Positions 18,618 through 28,000 of a stretch of DNA of 64,000 nt are shown here, piece after piece. The stretch is taken from IMG/VR virus record IMGVR_UViG_3300027736_001324, positions 186,001 through 250,000 of that record. One strand, written 5' to 3'. A model generated the notes under the pieces. It saw nothing but the letters and a program-made list of their open reading frames with translations. It searched no databases and was not told the origin of the DNA. The translations under genes and the position numbers were made by a program. Every line of letters starts with the position of its first letter. The stretch's first letter is position 1.

Positions 18618-21293
18618 ATGAAAACAAATGAATTTTTAACAGAATTATCTAACGACAAGTTAGGAAAGTACAAAACCGCTGCAGGAAAAGATGCTACTGC
18701 TGCTGATAAAGCTGGTAATTTTAAGCGCGGCAATAAGCGTATGAGTGGCATTACCAATGCAACTAAAAAAGAATTTGCAAATGATGCTAAAAAGGTATCA
18801 GAAAGTAAGCAATTTGTTTTAAATGAATCTTTATTAATGGAAGATCCCATTTATCGTCAATTTAAAAGTGTAAGTAAGTATATTGCTGAACGTAGACTTA
18901 GCAAACAAGAAATCTATCAAATATTTGCTGATGCTGAAACCGGCATGACAAGTAAAGATACTGGTGCTAATCGTACAATGCTTGGCCGTGGTAAAGATGT
19001 AACAGGTAAAGCAGTTACCAGTGTTAAAGATGCTGTATCAGGTGTTTTAAACTCTATACAATCTTCTGCTCCAGTAGCAGCCGTTGATGTTGCATATGAT
19101 CAAGCTACAGCTGCCTTAGGAAAATTAACCGGCGGAGATAAAAGCAAGATAATGAAATCTATCATTGGATATCGTAATCTTGCTAAACAATATCCTAAAA
19201 CAGCAGGATTTGCTAAAGCAGCATTGGTTGCTGCTGTAGGACTTGCTACCGGTGGAGCAGGACTACCTGCTATTGCAGGTTTAACTTATGCACTTGATTC
19301 TGCAATTAGAGGCGATAAGTTATCAAGTGTAATTGGTAAGGGTGCCGGCGCTGCTGCGTTAGCATACGGTGGACAAGCTGCGGCACAATATGCTCAAGGT
19401 GGCGCTGATATTCCAGGAGCAAATCCACATCAACTTGATCCGTCACAAATGCAACAAGGCCCAGGTGGTGGAGGAGGTGGCGGTGCAGGTGGTGCTGATA
19501 TTCCTGGAGCAAATCCACATCAATTAGATCCATCACAAATGCAATCAGGATCCGGTGGTGCTGATATTCCTGGAGCGAACCCGCATCAATTAGATCCGTC
19601 ACAAATGCAACAAGCAGCAGGCGGTTATAAGGAAGTAATAAAGACAGTAGCAAAAGGAGATACATTAAGTAATATTGCTCAACAATACGAAACTAGTGTT
19701 GAAGCATTAATGAGAGCAAATCCTCAAATAACAAATCCCGATGCTTTAGCAATAGGAACTAAACTTAATATACCTCCAGTAAATGCTGATACTTATCTGC
19801 AAGGTGTAGGTACTGCTGCTGATACTGCTGCCAAAACTGCGTCTGGCGCATATGATAGTGTACCGGCTGCATTAGGTAAACAAGCAGCAGCCAATCGTGC
19901 CGGTGTTACTGAAAGTATTTGGAAAAATCATTCTCCTAAACTAGATAAAAACATTATAGAATCTATTAATTTTAAAAAGTTATCAGCATATGATTTAATA
20001 GACAAGAAAACTACTGCGTTCAACTGGGCATTAAATGAAAGTATTGGTAATAAAAATAGAAATATAAATTTAACTACAGTAGGGGTATATACTATATTTG
20101 AAAATGTTGACCGTTACCGTCTTGCTGTAATGGAAGTAGCAGGAGTTCCGGGCAGCACTCGTCCAGAGCAGTATCGTCCAGATGAGCCGGAAGGTAAAGG
20201 TAAGGAAAGCAAACCAGGTTTAATTGGTAGAGGACTTAATTGGTTAGACAAAACTGCCGGCAAAGTAGGCGGCGCATTAAGTAATTTTGGACATCAGTTC
20301 ACTACAAACGTTACAAAAGAAAAACTAAAAATGAATTGGACTCAAAAAGGTGAGCCAAGTGATTCAGATGAAGTAGCGGCTTTTATGAAAAGTCAAGGTG
20401 TACCAGAAGATGTAATTTCAACAGTATACACAAAGATGGGTCTACCTTTTACTATGACTCCCGCTGCAGCCGCAACTGCCCCGGCGGCAAACACAGGATC
20501 AACAAGTGCTAATACTAGTGGTGCTGGTGCAGGCGCATTTAGTTCAATGGCAAATCAATTACCTAAATCAACTAATACATCATCTACTGGCGGCACAACT
20601 ACAAATACATCAACTGGATTAACACATACAAGCAAAGCAGTTGCACCAACATCAGGTGGTGCAGGTGGGACAAGTAGTGTAGGCGGTATGTCACAACCAT
20701 CACAGCCTAATAGTCCTAGTCAACAACAAGCAGTGGCTCGCACAGTAAGACAACAGATTGATGACATTATGCATACCATAATGACTCAACATAATGACGA
20801 CCAACCATCATTAGTAAAATATTTGCGCCAACGTCTTGATAGTAGTTTTCCCGGTGATGCTACAAACGCAGCAGCACCAAAAAGAGCAGCACCTAAAAAA
20901 GCAGCACCTAAAAAAGCAGCGCCCAAAACAGCAGCACCTAAAGGCAAAAAACCTGACAACACAGTAGCGATGCCAAAACGTGAAAAATTCCGTATAGGCA
21001 AAGACGAAATCAAACCCGATAATCCCATGTATGATAAAATTAAGGCCGCTAGCGGGACAAATGAATCATTAGGATTAAACTATCCAGAAACATATGAACA
21101 AACTAATGATAAATTTAAAAGCAAAGGTCAACGTAGAGTTGCTGCACTAACCAATGAAGAAGAAAAACAACGTTTAGATCCTAAATGCTGGACTGGTTAT
21201 AAAAAGCAAGGCACTAAGATGAAGGGTGGTACTAGAGTTAATAACTGTGTCCCAATAAAAGAATCAGCAATATTACAAGGCTTAAGAGGATAA
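18618..21293 (+). CDS. multi-module putative virion/ejection protein with LysM domain
   Basis: MKTNEFLTE start, Gly/Ala hydrophobic segment, LysM (VAKGDTLSNIAQQY...NPQITNPDALAIGTKLNIP), AAPKK repeats, KCWTGY..NCVP module. Confidence 0.72.
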   Translation: MKTNEFLTELSNDKLGKYKTAAGKDATAADKAGNFKRGNKRMSGITNATKKEFANDAKKVSESKQFVLNESLLMEDPIYRQFKSVSKYIAERRLSKQEIYQIFADAETGMTSKDTGANRTMLGRGKDVTGKAVTSVKDAVSGVLNSIQSSAPVAAVDVAYDQATAALGKLTGGDKSKIMKSIIGYRNLAKQYPKTAGFAKAALVAAVGLATGGAGLPAIAGLTYALDSAIRGDKLSSVIGKGAGAAALAYGGQAAAQYAQGGADIPGANPHQLDPSQMQQGPGGGGGGGAGGADIPGANPHQLDPSQMQSGSGGADIPGANPHQLDPSQMQQAAGGYKEVIKTVAKGDTLSNIAQQYETSVEALMRANPQITNPDALAIGTKLNIPPVNADTYLQGVGTAADTAAKTASGAYDSVPAALGKQAAANRAGVTESIWKNHSPKLDKNIIESINFKKLSAYDLIDKKTTAFNWALNESIGNKNRNINLTTVGVYTIFENVDRYRLAVMEVAGVPGSTRPEQYRPDEPEGKGKESKPGLIGRGLNWLDKTAGKVGGALSNFGHQFTTNVTKEKLKMNWTQKGEPSDSDEVAAFMKSQGVPEDVISTVYTKMGLPFTMTPAAAATAPAANTGSTSANTSGAGAGAFSSMANQLPKSTNTSSTGGTTTNTSTGLTHTSKAVAPTSGGAGGTSSVGGMSQPSQPNSPSQQQAVARTVRQQIDDIMHTIMTQHNDDQPSLVKYLRQRLDSSFPGDATNAAAPKRAAPKKAAPKKAAPKTAAPKGKKPDNTVAMPKREKFRIGKDEIKPDNPMYDKIKAASGTNESLGLNYPETYEQTNDKFKSKGQRRVAALTNEEEKQRLDPKCWTGYKKQGTKMKGGTRVNNCVPIKESAILQGLRG
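19398..19613 (+). repeat. three coding repeats GGADIPGANPHQLDPSQMQ
   Basis: Copies start at 19398, 19488, 19554. Confidence 0.9.
20871..20945 (+). repeat. five 15-bp AAPK(K/R/T/G) tandem repeats
   Basis: GCAGCACC(T/A)AAAAAA-type units. Confidence 0.9.
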
Positions 21294-21295
21294 TT

Positions 21296-21736
21296 ATGTT
21301 AACAGAAGATTTAAAAGTGTTATTGGCAAGTGTTAACTCATTATCCATCAAAGCACAAAACTTTCATTGGAATGTAGAGGGAGATAACTTCCCTCAATAT
21401 CACGAATTCTTTGGCAACTTCTATGAAGAAATATACAGTTCAGTAGATAAAATTGCTGAATACATTCGTACATTAGACAGTTATAGTCCTGGCAGCTTAA
21501 CACGCTATGCTGAATTAACTATCATTCAAGATCAACTTAAGATTCCACGTGCTGAATTAATGTTTGCTGAATTGTATGAAGATAATGCTAGAATGATTGA
21601 TTTGCTTAATCATTGCTTTGCTTCTGCTACACAAGAAAATAAACAAGGTATCGCTAACTTTATTGCTGAAAGGTTAGATGCTCACGAAAAACATCAATGG
21701 ATGGTTCGTAGTGTTCTAAAGAAAGCCCGTGCATAA
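21296..21736 (+). CDS. dps: Dps/ferritin-like protein
   Basis: HWNVEG..F...H..F...Y, DKIAEYIR, HEKHQWM. Confidence 0.9.
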   Translation: MLTEDLKVLLASVNSLSIKAQNFHWNVEGDNFPQYHEFFGNFYEEIYSSVDKIAEYIRTLDSYSPGSLTRYAELTIIQDQLKIPRAELMFAELYEDNARMIDLLNHCFASATQENKQGIANFIAERLDAHEKHQWMVRSVLKKARA

Positions 21737-22290
21737 TGAGAGCAAGAGAGTTTTTATCTGAGTCCTATCGCTCGGGTATAAATGAAGAACTCAGGGTCGA
21801 TGTGCCTAACGAAGAATGGTTACAAGACGCAATTGACTATGCTAAAAGTAAAAGTCCCGATCGCAATGGTCTACCTTACATGGGAAAGACCACTGCTACA
21901 GTTAGGAACGTTGTGGTTCCGGTCAGCATATTAAGACGGATACCAGGCATGCGTCAAGAGCAATCAAAGGTAAGACACCACGATCTTGCTGCTATTAGAA
22001 AAATTATGCACACTACAGGTAAACTGCCATTACACGGACATACTGGACAAGAATATAAACCTTTTATTAATGTAGCATATGATGGTAGTGCTTGGGTCAA
22101 TGAAGGTAATCATAGGATCATGGCTGCGGCCGAACTTGGTTGGGAGTCATTGCCAGTGGAAATTTCATACTTTGACGGCGGTGAAAGAATCAAGTCAGGT
22201 CCAATGTATCCGGGTAAGATTGGGCTTGCAGAAGCAATGGATCAAGGAACTAGATGGACCGGTGATGAACCATATAGACAAACGGATTAA
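21736..22290 (+). CDS. ParB/Srx-like domain protein with capsid-targeting-like N-terminus
   Basis: EGNHRIMAAAELGWESLPV; starts MRAREFLSE. Confidence 0.7.
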   Translation: MRAREFLSESYRSGINEELRVDVPNEEWLQDAIDYAKSKSPDRNGLPYMGKTTATVRNVVVPVSILRRIPGMRQEQSKVRHHDLAAIRKIMHTTGKLPLHGHTGQEYKPFINVAYDGSAWVNEGNHRIMAAAELGWESLPVEISYFDGGERIKSGPMYPGKIGLAEAMDQGTRWTGDEPYRQTD

Positions 22291-22296
22291 ACCTAC

Positions 22297-23112
22297 ATGA
22301 AAAAATTATTAGCATTAACATTACTCGCAGTATCATTTACCGCATCAGCTTGGACACAACGAGCACCAAATCCACCTCAACAATGTCAAGTACACGCCCC
22401 ATATGGATTCCCTCAAACGGCATTAGCGGTACAGCCCATTTGTCGTCAAGCATATCTAGTTGGTTATGATCCTGTCGCAAAATTACCAAAGTATGTAACA
22501 TATGAACTTCTTCCGCAAAACGCACTAGGATGCGTGGGTAGAACAAATGCTTTTGCTGCTGATCAATCTATACCAAACGGACCTAAACCAGATGACTATG
22601 CGGGAACAGGCTACGATAAAGGACATATGAGCCCAGACGGTGATCTATCTTGGGATGTTCAAGTTGAGTTTGAAAGTTTCTTAATGACTAATATGGCTCC
22701 GCAAGCTGGTTCATTGAATCGTGGCATATGGAAATTGTTAGAAACAAGTGTGCGTGGTTGGGCAGTTCAACGCAATCAAAGTTACACAGTTTATGTTGGT
22801 GGAGTATATAATGCACAAGATAAGAAAATCGGCAACGGTGTTGTTGTTCCGCATGGTTATTATAAAATTGTTATCAATAATCAAACTAAAGAAATAGCAG
22901 GATGGGCATTCCCCCATGTTGCTCCTTATCCTAACTTAGGCAATGATTTATCTAAGTTTAGATTATCCGTAGTGCAGATTCAACAAGTAGCAGGTGTACA
23001 TTTTGGATTCCCTCAGGGTGCTAAAGAATTGTCTCCGGGCCAAGAATGGCCAGTTGACTTTGGTGCTCTTACAAAAGCTAAGAGAGCCAAGTGTGGTAAG
23101 GATGATGATTAA
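22297..23112 (+). CDS. secreted DNA/RNA non-specific endonuclease (NucA/EndA family)
   Basis: Signal peptide MKKLLALTLLAVSFTASA; YDKGH, SFLMTNMAPQ, LNRGIWK, VPHGYYKI. Confidence 0.92.
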   Translation: MKKLLALTLLAVSFTASAWTQRAPNPPQQCQVHAPYGFPQTALAVQPICRQAYLVGYDPVAKLPKYVTYELLPQNALGCVGRTNAFAADQSIPNGPKPDDYAGTGYDKGHMSPDGDLSWDVQVEFESFLMTNMAPQAGSLNRGIWKLLETSVRGWAVQRNQSYTVYVGGVYNAQDKKIGNGVVVPHGYYKIVINNQTKEIAGWAFPHVAPYPNLGNDLSKFRLSVVQIQQVAGVHFGFPQGAKELSPGQEWPVDFGALTKAKRAKCGKDDD

Positions 23113-23145
23113 TATTAACACCAATATATCATACTAAATATCAGT

Positions 23146-23598
23146 ATGAACATCACAAAATTAGGCAAACTCGTGGGCGATTGGAGTAATATCAATGATA
23201 CTTTACTTCAACAAATAAGCAATCTATTCAAACTTAGAGATTGTAATATTAATTTGGATATACAAAAACCAAATAAAGTAACCCCTTTCATTAAAGACAA
23301 CTTAGAACATTATAATTTGGATAATCCCTTTACTATTAAAAGAATCTGTATTCATTTAACAGATTGGGAACCGGGGCATTTCTATTGCTTTGACAAAGAC
23401 ATTCATACTGGATGGAGCGCAGGGGATGTGTATAGTGTTGATTGGCACAAAACTTCTTATGCTAGTGCAAATGCAGGAGCTTCTGATAGAATCATACTAC
23501 AACTAACTGGAATAGTATCAGAAGAATCCAATGAATTCTTAGCACGATTAAAAAGATTTGATACATACACCATGGAACTTAAAGAAAGTTCTTGGTAA
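23146..23598 (+). CDS. degenerate 2OG-Fe(II) oxygenase-like protein
   Basis: RICIHLTDWEPGH..WSAGD..DW..ANAG..RIILQLTG jelly-roll pattern; metal ligands not evident. Confidence 0.45.
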   Translation: MNITKLGKLVGDWSNINDTLLQQISNLFKLRDCNINLDIQKPNKVTPFIKDNLEHYNLDNPFTIKRICIHLTDWEPGHFYCFDKDIHTGWSAGDVYSVDWHKTSYASANAGASDRIILQLTGIVSEESNEFLARLKRFDTYTMELKESSW

Positions 23599-23676
23599 GA
23601 ACACACCTTAGGGCCGTGTGGCCGGCTGCTGGCCAACGAATAGGAATCGCTACCCATTTAGTTCGTTAAAGTGAGC
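23588..23676 (+). ncRNA. candidate structured RNA (unnamed)
   Basis: GC-rich intergenic island with stems CACAC/GTGTG, GCCGG/CTGGC, AACGAA/TTCGTT; strand uncertain. Confidence 0.4.
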
Positions 23677-23694
23677 ATATTTGATAAATACATA

Positions 23695-24279
23695 ATGCTT
23701 ACCGAACACATCATTATTGAATCCGCAGCAATTGAATTAGCGAAAAGATTGCCGTCATTAGAAAAACATGACTACAATACCATTGACAAATTGATGCAGG
23801 ATATCGCTAGTAAACACCGTATTACTGGTAAAGCATTACATGACTTGTTTGTACATAAATTTAGAAAATCACCTGATGATTGGGTTAAAAGTAAATTAGA
23901 TGAACAAGATAGTGAAACAGACTTCTTAGCAGATAACCCAATAATGCAAAAATTCATTAAATGGGCAAGTCAAAAACTTAATCTTCAATCTACACCCAAA
24001 TTTGAATTCAGTTACAATACTGAAGAAGCACAGGCAGGTCATCATACTGGTCGTCATTCCGAAAACGACAATAGCGTTTGGGTATACGTTGCTAATCGTA
24101 ATATGGTTGATATTATGCGTACCGTTTTTCATGAATTGGTTCATGTCCGTCAAGGAGAATTGGGTATGATTAAACCAGGTGACAGTTATCCTGGTAGCCC
24201 AATTGAAATGCTAGCAGATATGGGTGCGGGCAAATACATGAAAGTATTTGGCAAAGATCATCCAGAAATCTTTCAATAA
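23695..24279 (+). CDS. two-module protein with HExxH zincin-like metallopeptidase domain
   Basis: RTVFHELVH..Q and downstream IE; ATG 23695 is 4 nt after TAAATA. Confidence 0.65.
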   Translation: MLTEHIIIESAAIELAKRLPSLEKHDYNTIDKLMQDIASKHRITGKALHDLFVHKFRKSPDDWVKSKLDEQDSETDFLADNPIMQKFIKWASQKLNLQSTPKFEFSYNTEEAQAGHHTGRHSENDNSVWVYVANRNMVDIMRTVFHELVHVRQGELGMIKPGDSYPGSPIEMLADMGAGKYMKVFGKDHPEIFQ

Positions 24280-24305
24280 AATACATTCTATGCTATAATG
24301 CATAG

Positions 24306-24914
24306 ATGCTTAAACTACTCTTTCCATTACCAAAAGATATTGTTGTCGCACTTAGCGGAGGCGTTGACTCTGTTGCTATTACAGATTTCCTTTCTCAAAA
24401 ACACAATGTAACTTGTGCTTTCTTCCATCATGGAACAGAGAATAGCGAACGTGCATTAGAATTCGTTGCACACTTCTGTACCGAACGCAATCTTCCACTT
24501 ATGATTGGGATGATTAAAAATAGTAAACCCAAAGAACTCAGCACAGAAGAACATTGGCGTAATGAACGCTATGACTTCTTAGATAGTTTTGGTAATTCAT
24601 TAGGACCAATCATTACTGGTCATCATTTAGATGACTGTGTAGAAACATATGTCTGGTCATCACTTCACGGACAACCAAAAGTTATCCCATCAAAACGAAA
24701 CAATGTTGTACGTCCGTTTCTAACAACAAATAAAAGTGAATTCACTAATTGGTGCAAACGTAAATCTATTGATTGGTGTCACGACAATAGTAACGATGGC
24801 ACAAAATATATGCGTAACTATGTAAGAACACATCTAATGCCACACGCATTACATATTAACCCAGGCCTGCACACTGTGGTTAAAAAGATTGTAGAAAATA
24901 AGCAAAATGTTTGA
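24306..24914 (+). CDS. tilS: TilS-like PP-loop ATPase (catalytic domain only)
   Basis: ALSGGVDS, RNERY, TGHHLDDCVET, RPFL, DNSN...YMRNYVR. Confidence 0.85.
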   Translation: MLKLLFPLPKDIVVALSGGVDSVAITDFLSQKHNVTCAFFHHGTENSERALEFVAHFCTERNLPLMIGMIKNSKPKELSTEEHWRNERYDFLDSFGNSLGPIITGHHLDDCVETYVWSSLHGQPKVIPSKRNNVVRPFLTTNKSEFTNWCKRKSIDWCHDNSNDGTKYMRNYVRTHLMPHALHINPGLHTVVKKIVENKQNV

Positions 24915-24939
24915 CTTTTCTACACAAGGCATGTATACT
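24911..24939 (+). promoter_or_regulatory. sigma70-type promoter
   Basis: TTGACT-17bp-TATACT. Confidence 0.8.
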
Positions 24940-24962
24940 AATTACTTTAACAAGGAGAAACT

Positions 24963-25220
24963 ATGAGTAAAATGTTTACTGGAGAGCAAAAGATTAAGTT
25001 GACTCAACTTATCAACGAGGGCATGGTAGTCCTACATGAAATCGATACCCTACGTGAGGGGCTAAGTGATACTGTGAAGGCTATCGCAGAAGAACTGGAT
25101 GTAAAGCCGGGGATTCTTAAGAAGGCAATATCTGTTGCACACAAAGCAAGTCTTGGTCAAACAAATGCTGACCACGAGGAATTAAATACTATCCTTGAGA
25201 CAGTGGGTAAAACAATTTGA
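24963..25220 (+). CDS. DsbA/GapR-like dsDNA-binding protein
   Basis: 85-aa helical; DTVKAIAEELDVKPGILKKAISVAHK pattern resembles T4 DsbA. Confidence 0.5.
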   Translation: MSKMFTGEQKIKLTQLINEGMVVLHEIDTLREGLSDTVKAIAEELDVKPGILKKAISVAHKASLGQTNADHEELNTILETVGKTI

Positions 25221-27922
25221 GTTACGTGGATGCGGTTCATTCTAGGGATGACGATAGAATTTTTGTAGTTGAACGAGACCAGAACGGAAAGCGTCAATAC
25301 AAAGAATATCCCACAAACTATGTACTCTACTATCCCGATCATAAGGGAAAGTATCGCAGTATATACGGTGACCCTGTAAATCGTTTCAGTACACGCAAAC
25401 GACAAGAGTTTGAAAAAGAACGCAGAATTCATTCAGGTAAGAAATTATTTGAAAGCGATGTGCCAGTAGTGTTTCGCTGCCTTAGTGAAAACTATCTTAA
25501 GGCAGACGTTCCTAAACTACATACATGCTTCTTTGACATTGAGGTAGACTTTGATCCTGAGAAGGGTTTCAGTCCTACAACTGATCCATTCAATCCAGTT
25601 ACTGCTATCTCATTGTATTTAGATTGGCAAGATACATTGGTTACATTGGTCATTGCTCCCAAGCATATGTCACCAGAGACAGCACAGGAAATATGTAATG
25701 AGTTTAATAATTGTATGCTTTTCACTAATGAAAAGGATATGTTTGATGTTTTCTTTCAACTCATTGAAGATGCTGATGTAATGACTGGCTGGAATTCTGA
25801 AGGATACGACATACCTTACATGGTTAATCGTGTCACAAGAGTAATGAGTAAGGATGACACACGCAAGTTTTGCTTGATGGGTCAACTTCCTAAGCCAAGA
25901 GAGTACGAAAGATTTGGCAAAAGTGAAACTACATACGACTTAGTAGGTCGTATTCACATGGACTATTTGCAACTCTACAAGAAATACAACTATGAATCAC
26001 GACATTCATATAAGTTAGATGCTATTGGTGAGATGGAAGTAGGTGAGAACAAAACTCAATATGAAGGTACACTTGATCAGTTGTATAACAAAGACTTTAA
26101 AAAGTTTATTGAATACAATAGACAAGATACCGTGCTGTTAGTGAAGATCCACAACAAACTCAAATTCTTAGAACTTGCTAATCAATTGGCGCATGAGAAC
26201 ACAGTACTGCTTCCAACAGTAATGGGTTCTGTAGCAATGATTGAAATGGCAATTTTTAATGAAGCCCACGAACGTGGATTAGTAGTGCCAGACAAAAAAA
26301 GAAGGAATGAAAATGCAGAAGAAACAACGCCAGCAGCAGGTGCCTTCGTTGCTACGCCGAAAAGAGGTATGCACGAATACGTCGGAGCAGTTGACATTAA
26401 CTCGCTCTATCCCTCGGTTATTCGTAGCCTCAACATGGCAGGAGAAACCATTATTGGTCAAGTCCGTCAGACATTAACTGACAAATATATGCTTGACAAA
26501 GGCAAGCAACTTGCTAGCCTTAAGAAGCGTTTCAAAGAAGGCGACGATGACGTTACTGGTGCTATTCTATGGGAAAACTTGTTTGGTGTATTAGAATACA
26601 CATCAATTATGAATCAAGAACGTGGCACAATTCTTACTATAGATTACGAAGATGGTCGTAGTGAGGAATATAGTGCCGCTGAAATATGGAAGATGATCTT
26701 TGATAGCAATCGCCCATGGATGCTCTCTGCTAATGGTACTATCTTTACTTACGAAAAAGAGGGCGTAGTTCCAGGACTATTGTCTCGCTGGTACTCAGAT
26801 CGTAAAGTAATGCAGAAGAAACTTAAAGAATCTACTACTGATGAAGATAGAGACTACTGGGATAAGCGTCAACTTGTTCGTAAGATTTTGTTGAACTCGG
26901 CGTATGGCGCACTATTGAACGAACATTGTAGATTCTATGACAAACGTATCGGTCAAAGTGTTACACTAAGTGGTCGTCAGATTGTTAAACATATGATGAG
27001 TACCATCAATGAAACAGTTACTGGTGATTATAACCATGAAGGCCCTGCAATTGTGTATGGTGATACTGACTCCTGTTACTTTACCGCGTATCCCATTCTC
27101 AATTCGCAAATAGCAAACGGTGATATTAAATGGGATAAAGAAAACTGTATCACATTGTATGATGGTATTGCTGACCAAGCAAACGAATCATTCCCTGCAT
27201 TCATGGAAAAAGCATTTCATGCTCCAAGAAAGAATGGCGCAATCATTAAAGCTGGTCGTGAATTGATCGGTGATCGTGCTATCTTTATCACAAAGAAACG
27301 CTATGCTATCAATATCTTTGATAAAGAGGGTAAGCGTAAAGATACAAACGGTAAAAACGGTGATATCAAAGCAATGGGTCTTGACTTGAAACGTGCTGAT
27401 ACTCCTAAATACATTCAAGAATTCTTAATGGATGTACTTACTAAGGTCCTCGCTGGTGAGCAACGTGATAAAGTTATTGAAATGGTTAAAGAATTCAAAA
27501 CTAAACTATCTGAACAAGATAGTTGGACAAAGGGTAGCCCAAAGAGTGTTAATAACTTAACTAAGCACACTATTGAATTTGAAAAGACTGGTAAGTGTGG
27601 TGTGGGTCATGCAAGAGCAGCAATTAACTGGAACTATCTACGCAGAGTATACGGTGACAACTATAGCCAAAAGATTATAGATGGCATGAAGATTGTGGTG
27701 TGTAAACTCAAAGATAACGCATTGGGTTTCACTAGTATTGCATATCCAGTAGATGAATTGAGATTGCCAACATGGTTCAAAGAATTACCATTTGATGATT
27801 TACTAATGGAATCAACATTGGTGGATGAAAAGATTGACAACTTACTTGGTGTATTAGATTGGGATATCAGAAGCAATACAGATGTTAACTCAATGTTTGA
27901 TGAACTATTCACATTCGGTTAA
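25217..27922 (+). CDS. family B DNA polymerase (gp43-like)
   Basis: Exo FFDIEVD, GWNSEGYD, YNRQD; pol DINSLYPS, KILLNSAYG, YGDTDS, KKRY. Confidence 0.97.
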   Translation: MSYVDAVHSRDDDRIFVVERDQNGKRQYKEYPTNYVLYYPDHKGKYRSIYGDPVNRFSTRKRQEFEKERRIHSGKKLFESDVPVVFRCLSENYLKADVPKLHTCFFDIEVDFDPEKGFSPTTDPFNPVTAISLYLDWQDTLVTLVIAPKHMSPETAQEICNEFNNCMLFTNEKDMFDVFFQLIEDADVMTGWNSEGYDIPYMVNRVTRVMSKDDTRKFCLMGQLPKPREYERFGKSETTYDLVGRIHMDYLQLYKKYNYESRHSYKLDAIGEMEVGENKTQYEGTLDQLYNKDFKKFIEYNRQDTVLLVKIHNKLKFLELANQLAHENTVLLPTVMGSVAMIEMAIFNEAHERGLVVPDKKRRNENAEETTPAAGAFVATPKRGMHEYVGAVDINSLYPSVIRSLNMAGETIIGQVRQTLTDKYMLDKGKQLASLKKRFKEGDDDVTGAILWENLFGVLEYTSIMNQERGTILTIDYEDGRSEEYSAAEIWKMIFDSNRPWMLSANGTIFTYEKEGVVPGLLSRWYSDRKVMQKKLKESTTDEDRDYWDKRQLVRKILLNSAYGALLNEHCRFYDKRIGQSVTLSGRQIVKHMMSTINETVTGDYNHEGPAIVYGDTDSCYFTAYPILNSQIANGDIKWDKENCITLYDGIADQANESFPAFMEKAFHAPRKNGAIIKAGRELIGDRAIFITKKRYAINIFDKEGKRKDTNGKNGDIKAMGLDLKRADTPKYIQEFLMDVLTKVLAGEQRDKVIEMVKEFKTKLSEQDSWTKGSPKSVNNLTKHTIEFEKTGKCGVGHARAAINWNYLRRVYGDNYSQKIIDGMKIVVCKLKDNALGFTSIAYPVDELRLPTWFKELPFDDLLMESTLVDEKIDNLLGVLDWDIRSNTDVNSMFDELFTFG

Positions 27923-27929
27923 ACTGGTG

Positions 27930-27958
27930 TTGACTATCGCAATATATTCCATTATAAT
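27930..27958 (+). promoter_or_regulatory. sigma70-type promoter
   Basis: TTGACT-17bp-TATAAT. Confidence 0.8.
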
Positions 27959-28000
27959 ACGTGATAGGAACTCCTAAATATTTTAAACAAAGGAAACAAA

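Noticed and set aside
23602-23620. Pistol ribozyme (loop TTAGGG resembles pistol P1 loop)
   Set aside because: No downstream CCCTAA pseudoknot partner or other pistol core; kept only as unnamed structured RNA.
25217-27922. Intein or intron in DNA polymerase
   Set aside because: ORF is continuous, of normal size, motifs are normally spaced, and there are no splicing-junction residues or homing endonuclease motif.
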